A stretch of DNA of 64,000 bases, from assembly GCA_013115125.1 (NCBI GenBank), contig JABANN010000022.1, forward strand, positions 1-64,000, in the 5' to 3' direction. The notes under the pieces are model-generated. The model was not told where the DNA came from, made no database searches, and worked only from the letters and a program-made list of their open reading frames with translations. Shown here in pieces: positions 12,861 through 25,696 of this stretch. Every line of letters starts with the position of its first letter. Positions within the stretch are counted from its first letter, which is position 1. The DNA comes from Perkinsus olseni (taxonomy: Eukaryota). Made by a program: the position numbers and the translations under genes.

Positions 12861-13232
12861 TTAGAAGCCGGAGCGGAGACCTGTGACCGACAGCGCCAGA
12901 ATTCCGACTCCGTCGCAGCCCATCACGAGAGTACAAGCGCCTCTCATCACCCCGGGTGAGGAGAGAGGAATCTTCGAAAAACCTCGTAGAAGGCGTGAAG
13001 TTGGGCGTCAAGCGTCGAGACACCCCACTCATCACCAAACGCAGAGTAACACTTAGCAAGTAAAACAGCAGGACCTCTTTAAACCTCAGACGTGTGAAGT
13101 AGGAAACGTATCAACTCAGTGAAACTAACACTGGTAAAAAAAATCTCGATAGAAAAACTTGGGAATACAACAGTGACAAACTCTCGCATTGCTCGAGAGC
13201 CCCCGTGGTCGAAAAACTCAGGTCGCGGTCGT

Positions 13233-14507
13233 CTAGAACTGAATGACAGCACCGTGGATCCCCACACCCATCGCTATCAGTGCCACGACAAGGAGGACCA
13301 GGTACAGAAGGATCTCAATAATTCCTATGGGTATACCGGCCATCCTCTTCAACTTCACATAGCAGGCGATGGGTATTATGAAACAGAGTTGAATGACGCA
13401 AAGCGCTCCGATGAGATTCACAAGCTTGTCGACGCTTGGAATGGCGACGGCAATAAGGGCCTGAATCACTACTAGGGCGCTGCGGGCTGACAGGCGGGCT
13501 ATTCTCTGCCTCGCGTCGGGAAGTTTCGTGACCCAACCAACGCGCGAGAGGAAATCGTCCATGGCCAACGCGGTGGGGGTGTAGAGAACGAGAAAATGTG
13601 AAACCACAACGACAAGGATAACGAAGTTGATGATCCATCCCGCAACTGATAAGTTGGAACGGGGAGGAGATATGGCATCGGCGATGGTATCAGCATTCAA
13701 TAGGGAGTCTCCATACGCAGCATAACCAAGCAGCATCAAGCTGGCGTAGGTTATGACGCAGAACAACGCCGCTATAGCCAAGGCAATTGGGTAACGCTTC
13801 GGCTCATTCATGTTGTGGGTTATGGTTGGGGTTGTCGCAGAAAATCCGAAAGAAAATATGAAGGCGGCGAAGTTCCCCAGCAAGCGCAGGGGGTTGGTTG
13901 ACAGGAGGTTGTAGTTGTCACGAGTACCAGCTGTAGCGAGATGTTGGATGCATGCGACGATGACGACGACCACTAGGGTGCAAACCGAGACAACTCCAAC
14001 AGCCGCCAACAGGCTGACATTTTTCATTTCTTTGATCCACGAGAGAGGCAAGCAGGCCAAAGCCCAAATCGCCACCCAAGTACGGACATCAAGAGCCTTG
14101 GTAAAGGCGATAGTCGTTGATGCTAGTAAAACCAACAGCACAGCACAAATAGCTGTGAGAACAAGGTGTAATATGAACCCGAAGTAGATCGAGCCTACTC
14201 GACCGAACGCCGCGTAGCCCATCTCCTCGAAGGATGGCATGGCACTGTCTCCTTCTGAGGGGTTCAAGAAGAGAGCTTTCCACAGCAAAAGGCCTGCTAT
14301 ATACGAAGCAAAGGCAGCGATGAACAGGGTTACAAGGCCCCCAATGAAACCCGACTCCGCGGTTGCTCTCGGAAGGGCTAGAATACCAATGCCCACTGCG
14401 GTCATGGCTATGCTGCACGCAGCCCTCAACACCGACATGCCGTTCTTCGGTCTTTCGCCATCCTTACCACCGGGAGTTGAGACGGTCTCTGAAGATTTGG
14501 GATCCAT
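13233..14507 (-). CDS. Amino acid transporter, AAAP/Aa_trans family (copy 3), intronless, 424 aa
   Basis: Motifs AVGIGILALP, FEEMGYAAFG, FSFGFSATTPTI, LGYAAYG, LIGALC. More divergent than copies 1 and 2. Confidence 0.93.
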   Translation of the reverse strand: MDPKSSETVSTPGGKDGERPKNGMSVLRAACSIAMTAVGIGILALPRATAESGFIGGLVTLFIAAFASYIAGLLLWKALFLNPSEGDSAMPSFEEMGYAAFGRVGSIYFGFILHLVLTAICAVLLVLLASTTIAFTKALDVRTWVAIWALACLPLSWIKEMKNVSLLAAVGVVSVCTLVVVVIVACIQHLATAGTRDNYNLLSTNPLRLLGNFAAFIFSFGFSATTPTITHNMNEPKRYPIALAIAALFCVITYASLMLLGYAAYGDSLLNADTIADAISPPRSNLSVAGWIINFVILVVVVSHFLVLYTPTALAMDDFLSRVGWVTKLPDARQRIARLSARSALVVIQALIAVAIPSVDKLVNLIGALCVIQLCFIIPIACYVKLKRMAGIPIGIIEILLYLVLLVVALIAMGVGIHGAVIQF

Positions 14508-16623
14508 AGGAATCCAGAAAGCGCTGAAATGAACACCGCTAATCGCGGACTGTCGCCGACTGACGTCAGGACACGGGAATCTGACAATCAGTCGTACTGC
14601 GTGTCAACGCTACAGAGAGTCTTCAACCGAGCACATCGGCAAGAGTCTAACCAAGCCGGAACTTGCGTTGGACTATAAACTCACAGGCATGGGCAAAACG
14701 AGGTTCGAGTTGTCAGCGACATCAGGTAGTACGTCGTGGAGAGCATCCTACCGCCTAGCGAAATAGCCGAGGAATTAGATATTTCTATTAAGACATTCAC
14801 TAGCCTCGGTGACTGCGAATTGGACGGATGATAACGGCCCTGCGCGCACCACTTCACGCAACATCCGAGAACATGGAGAAAGCCATGACAAGTAACATCT
14901 GAGTGTCCCTTGACCGCATTGATTGCCGAGACTAGAGAAGCAACGGCAGAGCACGATAAGACGGCATTATATGCAGATTACCCGACCGCAGTAGCCCACT
15001 AGAGAGCACAGCAGCTTGAAAATCGCACTTCGAAGATTCGCGTGTAAGCATCAGTTAAAGTGTCGGAATATTGAGTCCTCACTGGTCAGCACAACAGCGA
15101 CCTAGGAGAGAGTATGTCATCAACGCTCGAGTCACAATTCACCTCAGCTCTCATAATCCGGTGGGTCATCGTGTTGCCGTAACTGCCAACGCCGAGGCGA
15201 AAGCGCAGCAACCTCAATCTCAAAAAAACTGCTCCATCATCGGAGTTACCACAAGCAAAGATGTAACAATTGGCGCAGCGAGAACCATAAGGCGGATCAG
15301 TCGCTTCAGCTTCCTGAATACCTTCGTTTCGGCAACTCTTAGCACTACCTAGAACATCGAGTGGTACCGGTAGCAACTCTAGAGAGCCTCAATGCATGGA
15401 TAAGGCGAGTCAGACGTAGGACAAAAGTAGATAGAAGAGGTTGTCCTCACTATATTTCGGAGGGAAGTCAGGTTGGATCATCAATCTCGCAAACATTAAC
15501 CTCAGTGTGGTGCATGGCTTCGGTTTTCCACACGTGTTCTTTCAGAACAGGTCTGTGGAAGAAGGTATAATCATCACAGGGAGCAGCATATCAAGAGTAT
15601 CAGACAGTACGAACACCTAGGGTGGTTTGTCATCATCGTAATCAGATGACACGCATGAATATGGAATCAATCATCATACACTACATCATTGATTAGAGCG
15701 ATGTTTCTGAGAGAACGTGTCGCGCCAGCTGGCAAAATATCGATCACCCGATCGATGGGCGCGCGCGCCATGCGGAGCGCGGAATCGCTCATAGATTGCG
15801 CTATGGCCCAGAAATGGGAGAGGTGAAGCCAGAATCAGCGACAAATTCAATCACTATTGAAATGGCATTTGGCTGTCCCTCCTGAGCTGTACGATCCGTG
15901 TGCAAGCCTCTCTCAATACAGCCGTAAAGCGTTGAAGGTACTCAACGTTCTACTCTTCGGCTAACTACTGGAACACGACATTCCTTCGAACATTCTAAAC
16001 GTGGGGTTGCTATGATGAAAGAATTTCATTTGGCTTAATCTTTTCTGTCTACCGTCTTCGGCGGGGCATGGAGACCACTTGATGACGAGACTGAGCAACC
16101 AGAACTTCTTCATTCTGTCGAGTGGCATAGCCTATGCCGCATAGTAGGAGGCGAAAGTTGAACGCTCCGCCACGTTGTTTCGCACTAGACTCCACTACGT
16201 TGTTTTTGCACTAGACGCACAGAACGATCACCCGGATTAGCACTGCCAGCTAGGCTGTTCCTCTTGATGGTCAAAGCAATGGGAGGAACGCGTGCCAGAA
16301 TGGAGGCTTTATTGTCAAATAGTAGGGTTTGGTCATGATATGCATACGCACTGAATATGCTTTCCATCTAATATCTGCCGTTAAGGCTGATCACAGCAAA
16401 TTTCTATTGCATGCAAGATCTCACACTACAGCGAGTCGACTCGTTTCTTGGTTTCGCTCAAGGTGACTTCTGTCCGCGTGGAAAACTCGACACTTGAAGC
16501 TGAGATTGTTACCGAAAAACTCAGACTACAGCTCCCATGCGATTCATCCTCTGTGCGGCGTAACACAGTGTTACTAACACTGTCGTCACAAAAAATTAAG
16601 ATGGCAAAATCTGCTCGTCGACA

Positions 16624-19203
16624 TCAGCCATTGAGCTCAGCCACGAGGACTTGGTGATGGCGATAAGGCACGAATGAGTAGCCATCAGCCTTATAGAACT
16701 TGGACTGGAATTCCACCCAGTGCAAGCGCAACGTATGGAGGAAGGACTCCAAGACATCCATGAAGAGCAGAACCCCCACAGTGATACCGAAGAGCACAGC
16801 GAAGCCGAGGTATATCCAGACTGCTTGAAAGGTACCCGAGGTCTCCAACATAGGCTGAAGGGTTTTCTGGAAGAAAACCAAGGACAGTTGCTGATGAGCC
16901 AACGAAAGTGCCCATTGACGGAGATACGAGGCTGTGTGAGATATGGTTCCCAGGACGTACTCAATGGTCTCGATGATCTGATGGATACACACCTCGCCGA
17001 ACGGCTCCTCCTCATGCTCATCCTCATGCCCCTTGTGTCCTCCCAGAAGAGGCTCTTCAAGATCGCCATTCGTCCTAGTAGAAGAACTTGCTCTATTCGC
17101 CAGCTTTCTCTTGATGAGGATGATCACCGGCTTAGGGATGAGCATCAATGGGACAGCGCATGCAGTGACAACCATGAGAGCCTTCTGGATGTCATCCTGC
17201 CCCTGATAGAGTGGCTGCCTATTGGGCTGGCTCAGGCCCATACCAATCAACGTGTTGATCAGAGATGGTGGCCCATTGAGGTCGGGATCTTGCGTCACTG
17301 GTGTGACCCACTTGTACATGATCATCCAGTCCATGTAACCAAAAAAGCATAGCATGAAGGCTAGCTGGGGGATGCACTCGAAGGTGAAATCCGTCCAGTT
17401 GCGGTTATAATATGAGTTACTAAACTTGAGGCAGACACCGAGGAGCATTTGAGAAACACCAAAGAGAACCGACAGTTTCATCTTCAACGAGTTCATGAAT
17501 AGAAGCTCGTTGGTGGCACCGTGCCATGACGGGTCGACTCCAAACGGATACGGACCATGACCATCTCCTGTATTAGAGCCATCAAACCACGACTTGGCCC
17601 TCAGCTCATAGCTGGCGCCAGTACCGAAGTGTTCAGGGTCTTCATAGCGAGAGTCACCAAAGATACCAATGCCGACCGATAAGAAGTCGTTGTACATGAA
17701 GCCAGCATAGATAGCAAAAAAACCCATACCAAAGAGCAGATACCGAGCATAAGACAACCCCTGGTGCACGGCACTGTCACTGTACTTCCACTTCTCAGCA
17801 TTGAGCAGAGCGTAGATGGCCACGGAAAGGAGCATCGCACCGTGGGCCACATCGCCATACATAACGCCAAACATGAACGGGAATGTGACGATCGTGAAAA
17901 CACCCGGGTTGAACTCCTTGTAGTGCGGAACCCCGTAAGTCTCAACCAACTCCTGAAAGGCGTCCGTGAAGGCATTCCTCTTGATAAAGGTGGGCGGAGC
18001 TTTTCCGGTATACGCAGCATCAGTAACGAGCATAGCAGAGGCACGGGCAGAACCGCCGAAGGAGGCGTGCGCTAGTACATGACGGATGGCATCTTCATCC
18101 TCAGCGGGATACCAGCAGTCAGCTCTTAGAGTGGTGACTCCCTCGAAGAGGTTGAGGGTGGCGTAGATGCTTTTCTCTTTGATACAGAATAGCTTCCACT
18201 CCTCAATGCGAGAGTTGCCTCCCATGCGGACGGGCTGCAGAAGGATTCTAGCTTCATCTCGCATGATTCTATCGAAACCCTGCAAGGCAGCGGTCTTGTC
18301 AGCGATGGTGGACTCCAAAGCACGAGAACGTGCGCTACCCTCAGCTGTGGACACGGGCCAGTCATACAGTCTGACCCCCATCGCCTTGCAGATGCGGGTC
18401 AACTTAGCCGCCATGGCACTGGTAGCAGCATCGCCCTGAAAGTAGATCACGAACACGCTCTTCTGCTCCGCCTGATTGCGCGGGTTGTCCTCGGTGATCT
18501 CGGTGAAGTGAGTGAAAGCCGTACCGCGAGTTGCGCGAAAGACGGTACGAGCGAATGTCTCTTGCTCTCTGACGTCGATAACGCCGGCGATGTTTGAAAA
18601 CTGCATGCCGTGAAGCTTCGCGTAGCTACGACCTTCCCCGCTGTCGAGCAGAGGAGCCTCCAACCCGCTGTCGCCGACCATACCACCGGCCAGACTGGCC
18701 CAAACAACATGAAGTTCCTCAATGGCAGCATTGAGCTCAGCAGTGATCACTTCGTTGTTGGATTGAAAACGGATGAAACGGTCGTAAATTCCTCTGAGTT
18801 CGTCTTCTAAAGGGTCCAGAGACAGCTCAGTATCATGCTCCAGGAAATCATCCACGCGGTTCTTGTAAAGCGGCATATAGTGAACGCTCTCGAGCTCCTT
18901 CGATAAGACTCTCAGCATCCTCTCCATCTCCTCAATGCGTTGGATGTACTTGCGGTAAGGCCTGAGAGGGGAACGCTCGACCCTGCAGAGCTCACGCAGT
19001 GTGCATCGACAACAACAACAACACTAGCAGGGGCCCTAGGAAAGGTTCAAGCGGCTTCAAACTAACCTGTTCATCGTATTATCGTTCATGTCCTCGAACA
19101 TGATATTAGTATCATGACCAAGAATGTCAACGTAATTCCTGGCCCACTGAGCTGGGACCACGAGGGTACCATGGGTCATGGTCTCGCTACGCAAGATACC
19201 CAT
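16624..19203 (-). CDS. V-type H+-ATPase V0 subunit a (paralogue 1). Exons 19203-19067 and 18961-16624
   Basis: Exon 1 MGILRSETMTHG... (137 nt); GT-AG intron 18962-19066. Motifs PPT..K.N.FT.AFQ.LV.TYG, TFPFMFGVMYGD, GPYPFGVDP.W, NSLKMKLS, IETIEYVLGTISHTASYLR, HTLRLHWVEF. Confidence 0.96.
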
Positions 19204-19408
19204 ATCAAGCTGCGATCAACCAACGGCTGACATCATACCATACCGTAATTGACAAAGCACTGAACTCAAGAGCAGCGGAAAGCTCTTCGCTATGGAAACA
19301 AGTGGTCCGAAGGCTGTTGGCCTAAATCAGAGTCTCAAAGGAATTGAGTGAGAAAAAAGCGCAGAATGCAGTCTACAGATAACTGAGAATGCTTCAAGGT
19401 CACAAATC

Positions 19409-21930
19409 TTAACCCTGAAGCTCGTTCTGGATGATGTCGAAGTGACGATAAGGCACGAAGGGGTACCCATCACCCAAATAGAACTTGGACATGAACTCCA
19501 CCCAGTGCAAACGCAAAGTATGCAGAGTGCACTCCAAGACATCCATGAACATCAGGACACCCAAGGTGATACCGAAGAGGACGGCAAAGGCGCAGTAGAT
19601 GTAGATGGGGCTCATCACGCCAGTGGATTCGAGAGATCCCTGCATGATCATCTGGAAGAACACCACGGACAGCTGCTGATGTGCCAAGGAAAGAGCCCAA
19701 ATACGGAGGTATGATGCCGTATGAGATACGCAACCAAGCACGTATTCGATGGTCTCGATCATCTGGTAGATCCAGACCTCATCCATGCCTGGCTCCGCGG
19801 GCTCCTCAGTCTGCTTATCATCCTTAGGGAGAAGTGACTGAGCCTCAACATCCTGTTGGGCGGCGGCCGCACGGCGGGCGGCTTTCTTAGCCTTGTACGA
19901 CCTGGAAATACCGATGATGATCGGCTTGGGAAGCAACATCAAAGGCAATGAGAGGAGGATGATGATCATGAACCACTTTTGCACAGTGAACTGACCCTGA
20001 TACAGCGGCTGCTTATCGGTCTGACCAAGACCAAAGGAGATCAAGGTGTTGATAAGAGAGGGAGCTCCATTAAGAGCGGGATCCTGGGTCACTGGGGTTA
20101 CCCACTTGTACAAGATCATCCAGTCCATGTAGCCGAAGAAGCAGATCATGAAGGCCATCTGGGGGACGCAGACAGTGATCCAGTCCAAGGGATCACGATA
20201 GTAAGTATCATTGCTGAACTTGATGCACACACCGAAGATCATCTGGACGACACCGAACAAAACGGAAAGCTTCATCTTCAAAGAGTTCATGAACAGAAGC
20301 TCGTTGGTCGAATTGTGCCATGAGGGATCGATACCGAAGGGGTAAGGACCGCTGCCCTCGCCAGTGTTAAGAGTATCGAACCACGGCTTGGGCTGCATCT
20401 CGAAGGTCGTAGCGTGACCATAGTCGGCAGGATCCTCGTAACGGGCGCTACCGAACCAGTGGATACCGACACCGAGCAGATCATTATACATGCAACCAGC
20501 GTAGATGGCGAAGAGCCCCATGAAGAGAATGAGATATCGAGAGTAGATCAACCCTTGGACCATTTCACTGTCGCTGAACCTCCACTTCCTGGTATTCTTC
20601 ATAGCCCACAGTGCAAAGGCAGTCAGCAACGTACCATGACCAACATCACCGTACATGATACCGAACATGAAGGGGAAGGTGATGATACTCACAACACCAG
20701 CATTGAACTCCTGGTAACGAGGTGTACCGTAGGTATCGATGAGAGCCTGGAAGGCAGCAGTGAACTCGTTCTTCCTCGTGTAAGTCGGAGGAGCAGTCTT
20801 AGGAGAATGCTCATCGTCAATCAGCATAGCAGAAGCGGGCAAACCAGAGCTAGCAAGAACTTCACGAATAGAGTCCTTCTCCTTAGTGGGATACCAACAG
20901 TCGCACCTCATGGACACATCACCCTCAAAGAGGTTAAGAGTAGCGTAGATGCTCCTCTCCTCGATGCAGAAGAGCTTCCACTCCTCAACACGAGAGTTGC
21001 CACCCATACGAATGGGCTCCAAGAGACTTCGAGCCTCATCCCTGGTGTACTTGCTGAACCCATCAAGAGCACGACGCTTGTCGGCGATGACAGCCTCGAG
21101 GTTCTCGATCCTCTCCTTAGCTTCCTCCTTGGAGGCAGGCCACTGATAGATGTGGACACCGACAGCGTTGCAGATACGGTGAACCTTGGAAGACATCGCT
21201 GAGCTAGCGGTAGTGCTCTGGAAGTAGATGACGAAGACGCTCTTGCGAGTATCAGGGATCTCGACGAACTGAGTGAAGGTGTTACCACGAGTAGCACGGA
21301 AGACCGTCCGGGCAAAACTCTCTTGATCTTCCATCTTCACAACACCGGCGATGTTAGCGAACTGCATGTGCTCTTCTCTGCGGCGAGAACCCTGCCCAGT
21401 TGGTTCATCTTGAAGGAGGGGCTGGCTCAGGCCCTCTCCCGCTGCGAGGAAGCCGGTCGAGATGCTGTCCTTAACAACATTAAGTTCTTCAATAGCGGCC
21501 TCGAGCTCGGTCGTCATCTCCTCGTTGTTGCTGTGGAAGCGAAGGAAACGCTCGTATACCCTCTTGACCTCGGCCTCGAGTGAATCGAGAGTGAACTCAT
21601 CGTCATGGTCCAAGAAGTCGTCAATACGGTTCTTGTTGACCTCCACGTTGGGCATGCCCTCTACTTCTTTGCCCAAGAAACGGATCATACGCTCCATCTC
21701 CTCAATGCGCTGAATATAGCGGCGATAAGGCCTGAAGAGCGAACAACAATAGAAGAACAAACACTAACACTGGGCCAACAACGACCAGCTTACCTCTGCA
21801 TTACTGAGGAGTTCATATCCTCGAACATGAGCTGAGTTTTATGGCCGAGCAAATCAATGTAATCTCTCGCCCATTCGTGTGGCAGCACAAGAGTGCCATG
21901 GGACATGAACTCACTTCTGAGAATTCCCAT
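19409..21930 (-). CDS. V-type H+-ATPase V0 subunit a (paralogue 2). Exons 21930-21794 and 21731-19409
   Basis: Exon 1 MGILRSEFMSHG... (137 nt); intron 21732-21793. Same hallmark motifs, including SHTASYLRIWALSLAH. Confidence 0.96.
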
Positions 21931-22832
21931 GCTGGTTAGAAATAAGCAAGAACTGAGAGGGGCAACGTCAAATCACGCTAATGCTCATTCCCGCTAGTCA
22001 CGCGAAATGATCCTCAACACACTTGAAGAGAGTCTGCCTGAAGGTAGCAACGTCGACACAGCTAACACCAGGCAGTCTTGCTCGAAACTCTAGTACCAAA
22101 AAACAACAAAACACTCTCTCATACACCGACCGAGTATTCCCTCCGAGTTGAGAGCAATGTCGGTGACGGCGACGAGAGTACAAAACCCAACGTACAGCCG
22201 CTCTACAGCGACACAACTCAAGGGACAACCGCTGGCTCTGCTAAGCTGAAGGATACTACAAGCTGAAATGAAGCTTAACACTGGTAACGCTACGAGGGTT
22301 GAAACCGCCAATTTACGCGACGTAACCCGAGAACGGAAAAAAACTACCGAACGAGCTTGACGGGTAATGCGAAGGTATTGGGAGGATCGTATTGAATATC
22401 AGGTTGGGGCTATAGTAAGTGCTGCTATGCTATGGGCAACTTCCGGCGACTCAAAAACATCTGAATCGACGATCGAGCTGAACATCATAGTGTGCTACGA
22501 TGGCCACGAACTGATGAGTTCAGAGCCCAGCCACAACGGTGAACGAAACCCCGTCGAAAAATACTATCCCGATACCTGACGAAGACAACAGCACACTCAA
22601 AAAGCTCCTGTGCAACACCTTAGCACCGTAAGGCCCCGAGACGTACCGCTGACTATGAAACCAAGAACACCTGCACATGTTGTTAACAAGAGACTTAGTA
22701 CAATCTTAACACGCCACGAAGTCGAAACAACAAACGGCAATTCGAATGTATGAAAAAGAGAAAGTTGGATAAACAAGAAATGAATCGTCTACCACTTCCT
22801 TGAGATAAACACGTCATCAACATCTAAACCGC

Positions 22833-25341
22833 TTAGCCCTGGAGCTCGTCCTTGATGATGTCGAAGTGACAGAATGGCACGAAGGAATAACCATCGCCCA
22901 TGTAGAACTTGGACTGGAACTCCACCCAGTGCAAACGCAAAGTATGGAGGAAGCACTCCAAGACATCCATGAACATCAGGACACCCAAGGTGATACCGAA
23001 AAGGACAGCCCAAGCGCAGTAGATGTAGATGGGGCTGGCCCAGCTAGTCGACTGTAGAGCGCCCTGCATAATCATCTGGAAGAACACCACGGACAGCTGC
23101 TGATGCGCCAAGGACAAAGCCCAAAGACGCAAATACGACGCAGTATGAGATACGCAACCAAGCACGTATTCGATGGTCTCGATCATCTGGTAAATCCAGA
23201 CCTCATCCATGCCCTCTTCCTCAGGCTCTTCAACAGCCTTGTTCTCCTTATCAAGGAGGGCCTGAGCCTCGACATCGTCGTTAGCAACAGCATTACGGTT
23301 GTTCTTCTTGTTCCTGATGGACCTCTGGATTTGAATAATGATGGGCTTCGGGAGAAGCATGATGGGAACGGAAATCGCCACAGCGAACAGGAGCCACTTC
23401 TGAACGACAGGCTGGCCGAGATACAGCGGCTGCTTATCAGCCTGACCAAGACCGAAAGAGATCAAGGTGTTGATAAGCGAGGGAGGACCGGTAAGAGCGG
23501 GATCCTGAGTCACTGGGGTCACCCACTTGTACATGATCATCCAGTCCATGTAGCCGAAGAAGCCCAAGAGGAAGACCATCTGGGGGATGGCAACGAAGAT
23601 GAAATCAACCCACGATCTCATGTAGGCGTCGTTACCGAACTTGATGCACACACCGAAGATCATCTGGAAGACACCGAACAACACGGAAAGCTTCATCTTC
23701 AAGGAGTTCATAAACAGAAGCTCGTTGGTCGCACCGTGCCACGAGGGATCGATACCGAAGGGGTAGGGACCGCTACCCTCGCCAGTGTTGAGAGTATCGA
23801 ACCACGGCTTGGGCTGCATCTCGTAGTTGGTGGCGTGACCATAGTCAGCAGGATCCTCGTAGCGAGCGCTGCCAAACCAATGGATACCAACACCGAGAAG
23901 GTCGTTGTACATGCAACCAGCATAGATGGCAAAGAGTCCCATGAAGAGAAGCAAGTAGCGGGCATAAACCAAACCTTGCTGCATTCCGTCATCACTGTAC
24001 TTCCACTTCTTAGCGTTGGAGAGGGCCCAAAGAGCGAAGCAGGTGATCAACGTACCATGACCAACATCACCATACATAATACCGAACATGAAGGGGAAGG
24101 TGATGATACTCACAACACCAGCATTGAACTCCTGATAACGAGGGATACCGTAGGTATCGACCAGAGCCTGGAAGGCAGCAGTGAACTCGTTAGTCTTAGT
24201 GTAAGTAGGAGGAGAGCCTCTGGGCTTGGCAATATCGGTCACGAGCATAGCGGAAGCAGGATAATCAGACTCAGCGAGTACGCGACGAATGGAGTCCTCG
24301 TCCTTAGTGGGATACCAACAGTCGCACCTCAAGGTCACATCACCCTCGAAGAGGTTGAGAGTAGCGTAGATGTTCCTCTCCTTGATGCAGAAGAGCTTCC
24401 ACTCCTCAATACGGGAGTTGCCACCCATACGAATGGGCTCAACAAGACCTCTGGCCTCATCACGGATGAATCTGTCGAAGCCCGCCAAAGCGTGGCTCTT
24501 ATCAGCGATGATGTTCTCCAACTCGCCGATTCTTCTGGTCGCTTCCTCCCTCGACGCCGGCCACTGATAGAGGTGAACACCAACAGCGCTGCAGATGCGA
24601 TGCAGCTTAGCAGCCATGTAACTGTTAGCAGCAGTGCCCTGGAAGTAGATGACAAAGACGCTCTTGCGAGTATCAGGGATCTCAGTGAACTGAGTGAAGG
24701 TGTTACCACGAGTAGCACGGAAGACCGTCCGGGCAAAACTCTCTTGATCTTCCATCTTCACAACACCGGCGATGTTAGAGAATTGCATCCCCATGCGCTC
24801 TCTACCAGTACCACGGGCAGTAGGCTCGCCCTGAAGAAGAGGGGCTTCAAGAGCCGGGCCACCAGCGGACATCGAGCCGGAACTGAGACTGTTCTTGACA
24901 ACGTTCAACTCCTCGATGGCTGAGTCAAGCTCAGTAGTCAACTCCTCGTTGTTACCGCGGAAGCGAATGAACTGCTCGTAGACCCTCTTGACCTCGGCCT
25001 CGAGCGTGTCGAGAGTGAACTCCTCGTCGTGGTCCAAGAAGTCATCAATACGGTTCTTGTACAGAGCGACATCAGGCATCTTGGCAATCTCGGAGTCGAG
25101 AACGCGGAGCATACGCTCCATATCCTCGATACGCTGGATGTACTTACGATAAGGTCTGAGAAGATGCAATACTCTTCGACGGCTCACCAGTGACTGATCC
25201 TCACCTTTGCATAACAGCCGAATTCATGTCCTCGAACATGAGCTTAGTCTGCTTACCCAGAAGGTCGACATAGTTCCGGGCATACTCGTGCGGCAGCACG
25301 ACTGTGCCGTGAGTCATAAACTCACTGCGAAGGATTCCCAT
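22833..25341 (-). CDS. V-type H+-ATPase V0 subunit a (paralogue 3). Exons 25341-25205 and 25155-22833
   Basis: Exon 1 MGILRSEFMTHG... (137 nt); intron 25156-25204. Motif SHTASYLRLWALSLAH. Confidence 0.96.
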
Positions 25342-25696
25342 GTGTTGAAGCTTTCAACAACCAACACTAAGAAGCGTTTCTGAATGAGATGCTCACACAT
25401 GATCGGTGCTCGCGAGCAAACCCAAATGCAAAGGTTAGAACAGAAGCATTTAGGATTTTAAGGGATTCGAGAGAGCACTCACGACGGTACAATTCGACTA
25501 AAGCTCATTAACGGCAACCCGGCAAGGCTGCGCGAGCTTTGGCTGAGAGAATGCAAGATTCGTCAAGTGCGCAAGATTCCATCTCGCGGGCCAATCGTGA
25601 TTGGCGGATATTCTTCTTCCTTCTTAGGGAATAGATACCGGGCCCCCAAGATCATTGACGTTATTCTCACACCAGCAACCTACGCATCCGTCGTAG

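Noticed and set aside
15071-15400. Short ORFs on both strands in the inter-array spacer
   Set aside because: Non-ATG starts, interrupted frames, and no homology to the flanking families that I could see.
23103-24923. 606-aa + strand ORF, and shorter ones at 16720-17352, 19979-20323 and 20414-21202
   Set aside because: Antisense shadows of V-ATPase a genes. Codon bias on the sense strand suppresses antisense stops, and the equivalent frame is broken in the paralogues.
18927-25187. ORF-track starts for V-ATPase genes (18927, 21760, 25187)
   Set aside because: These fall inside exon 2 or the intron. The true starts are in the conserved 137-nt first exons (19203, 21930, 25341).
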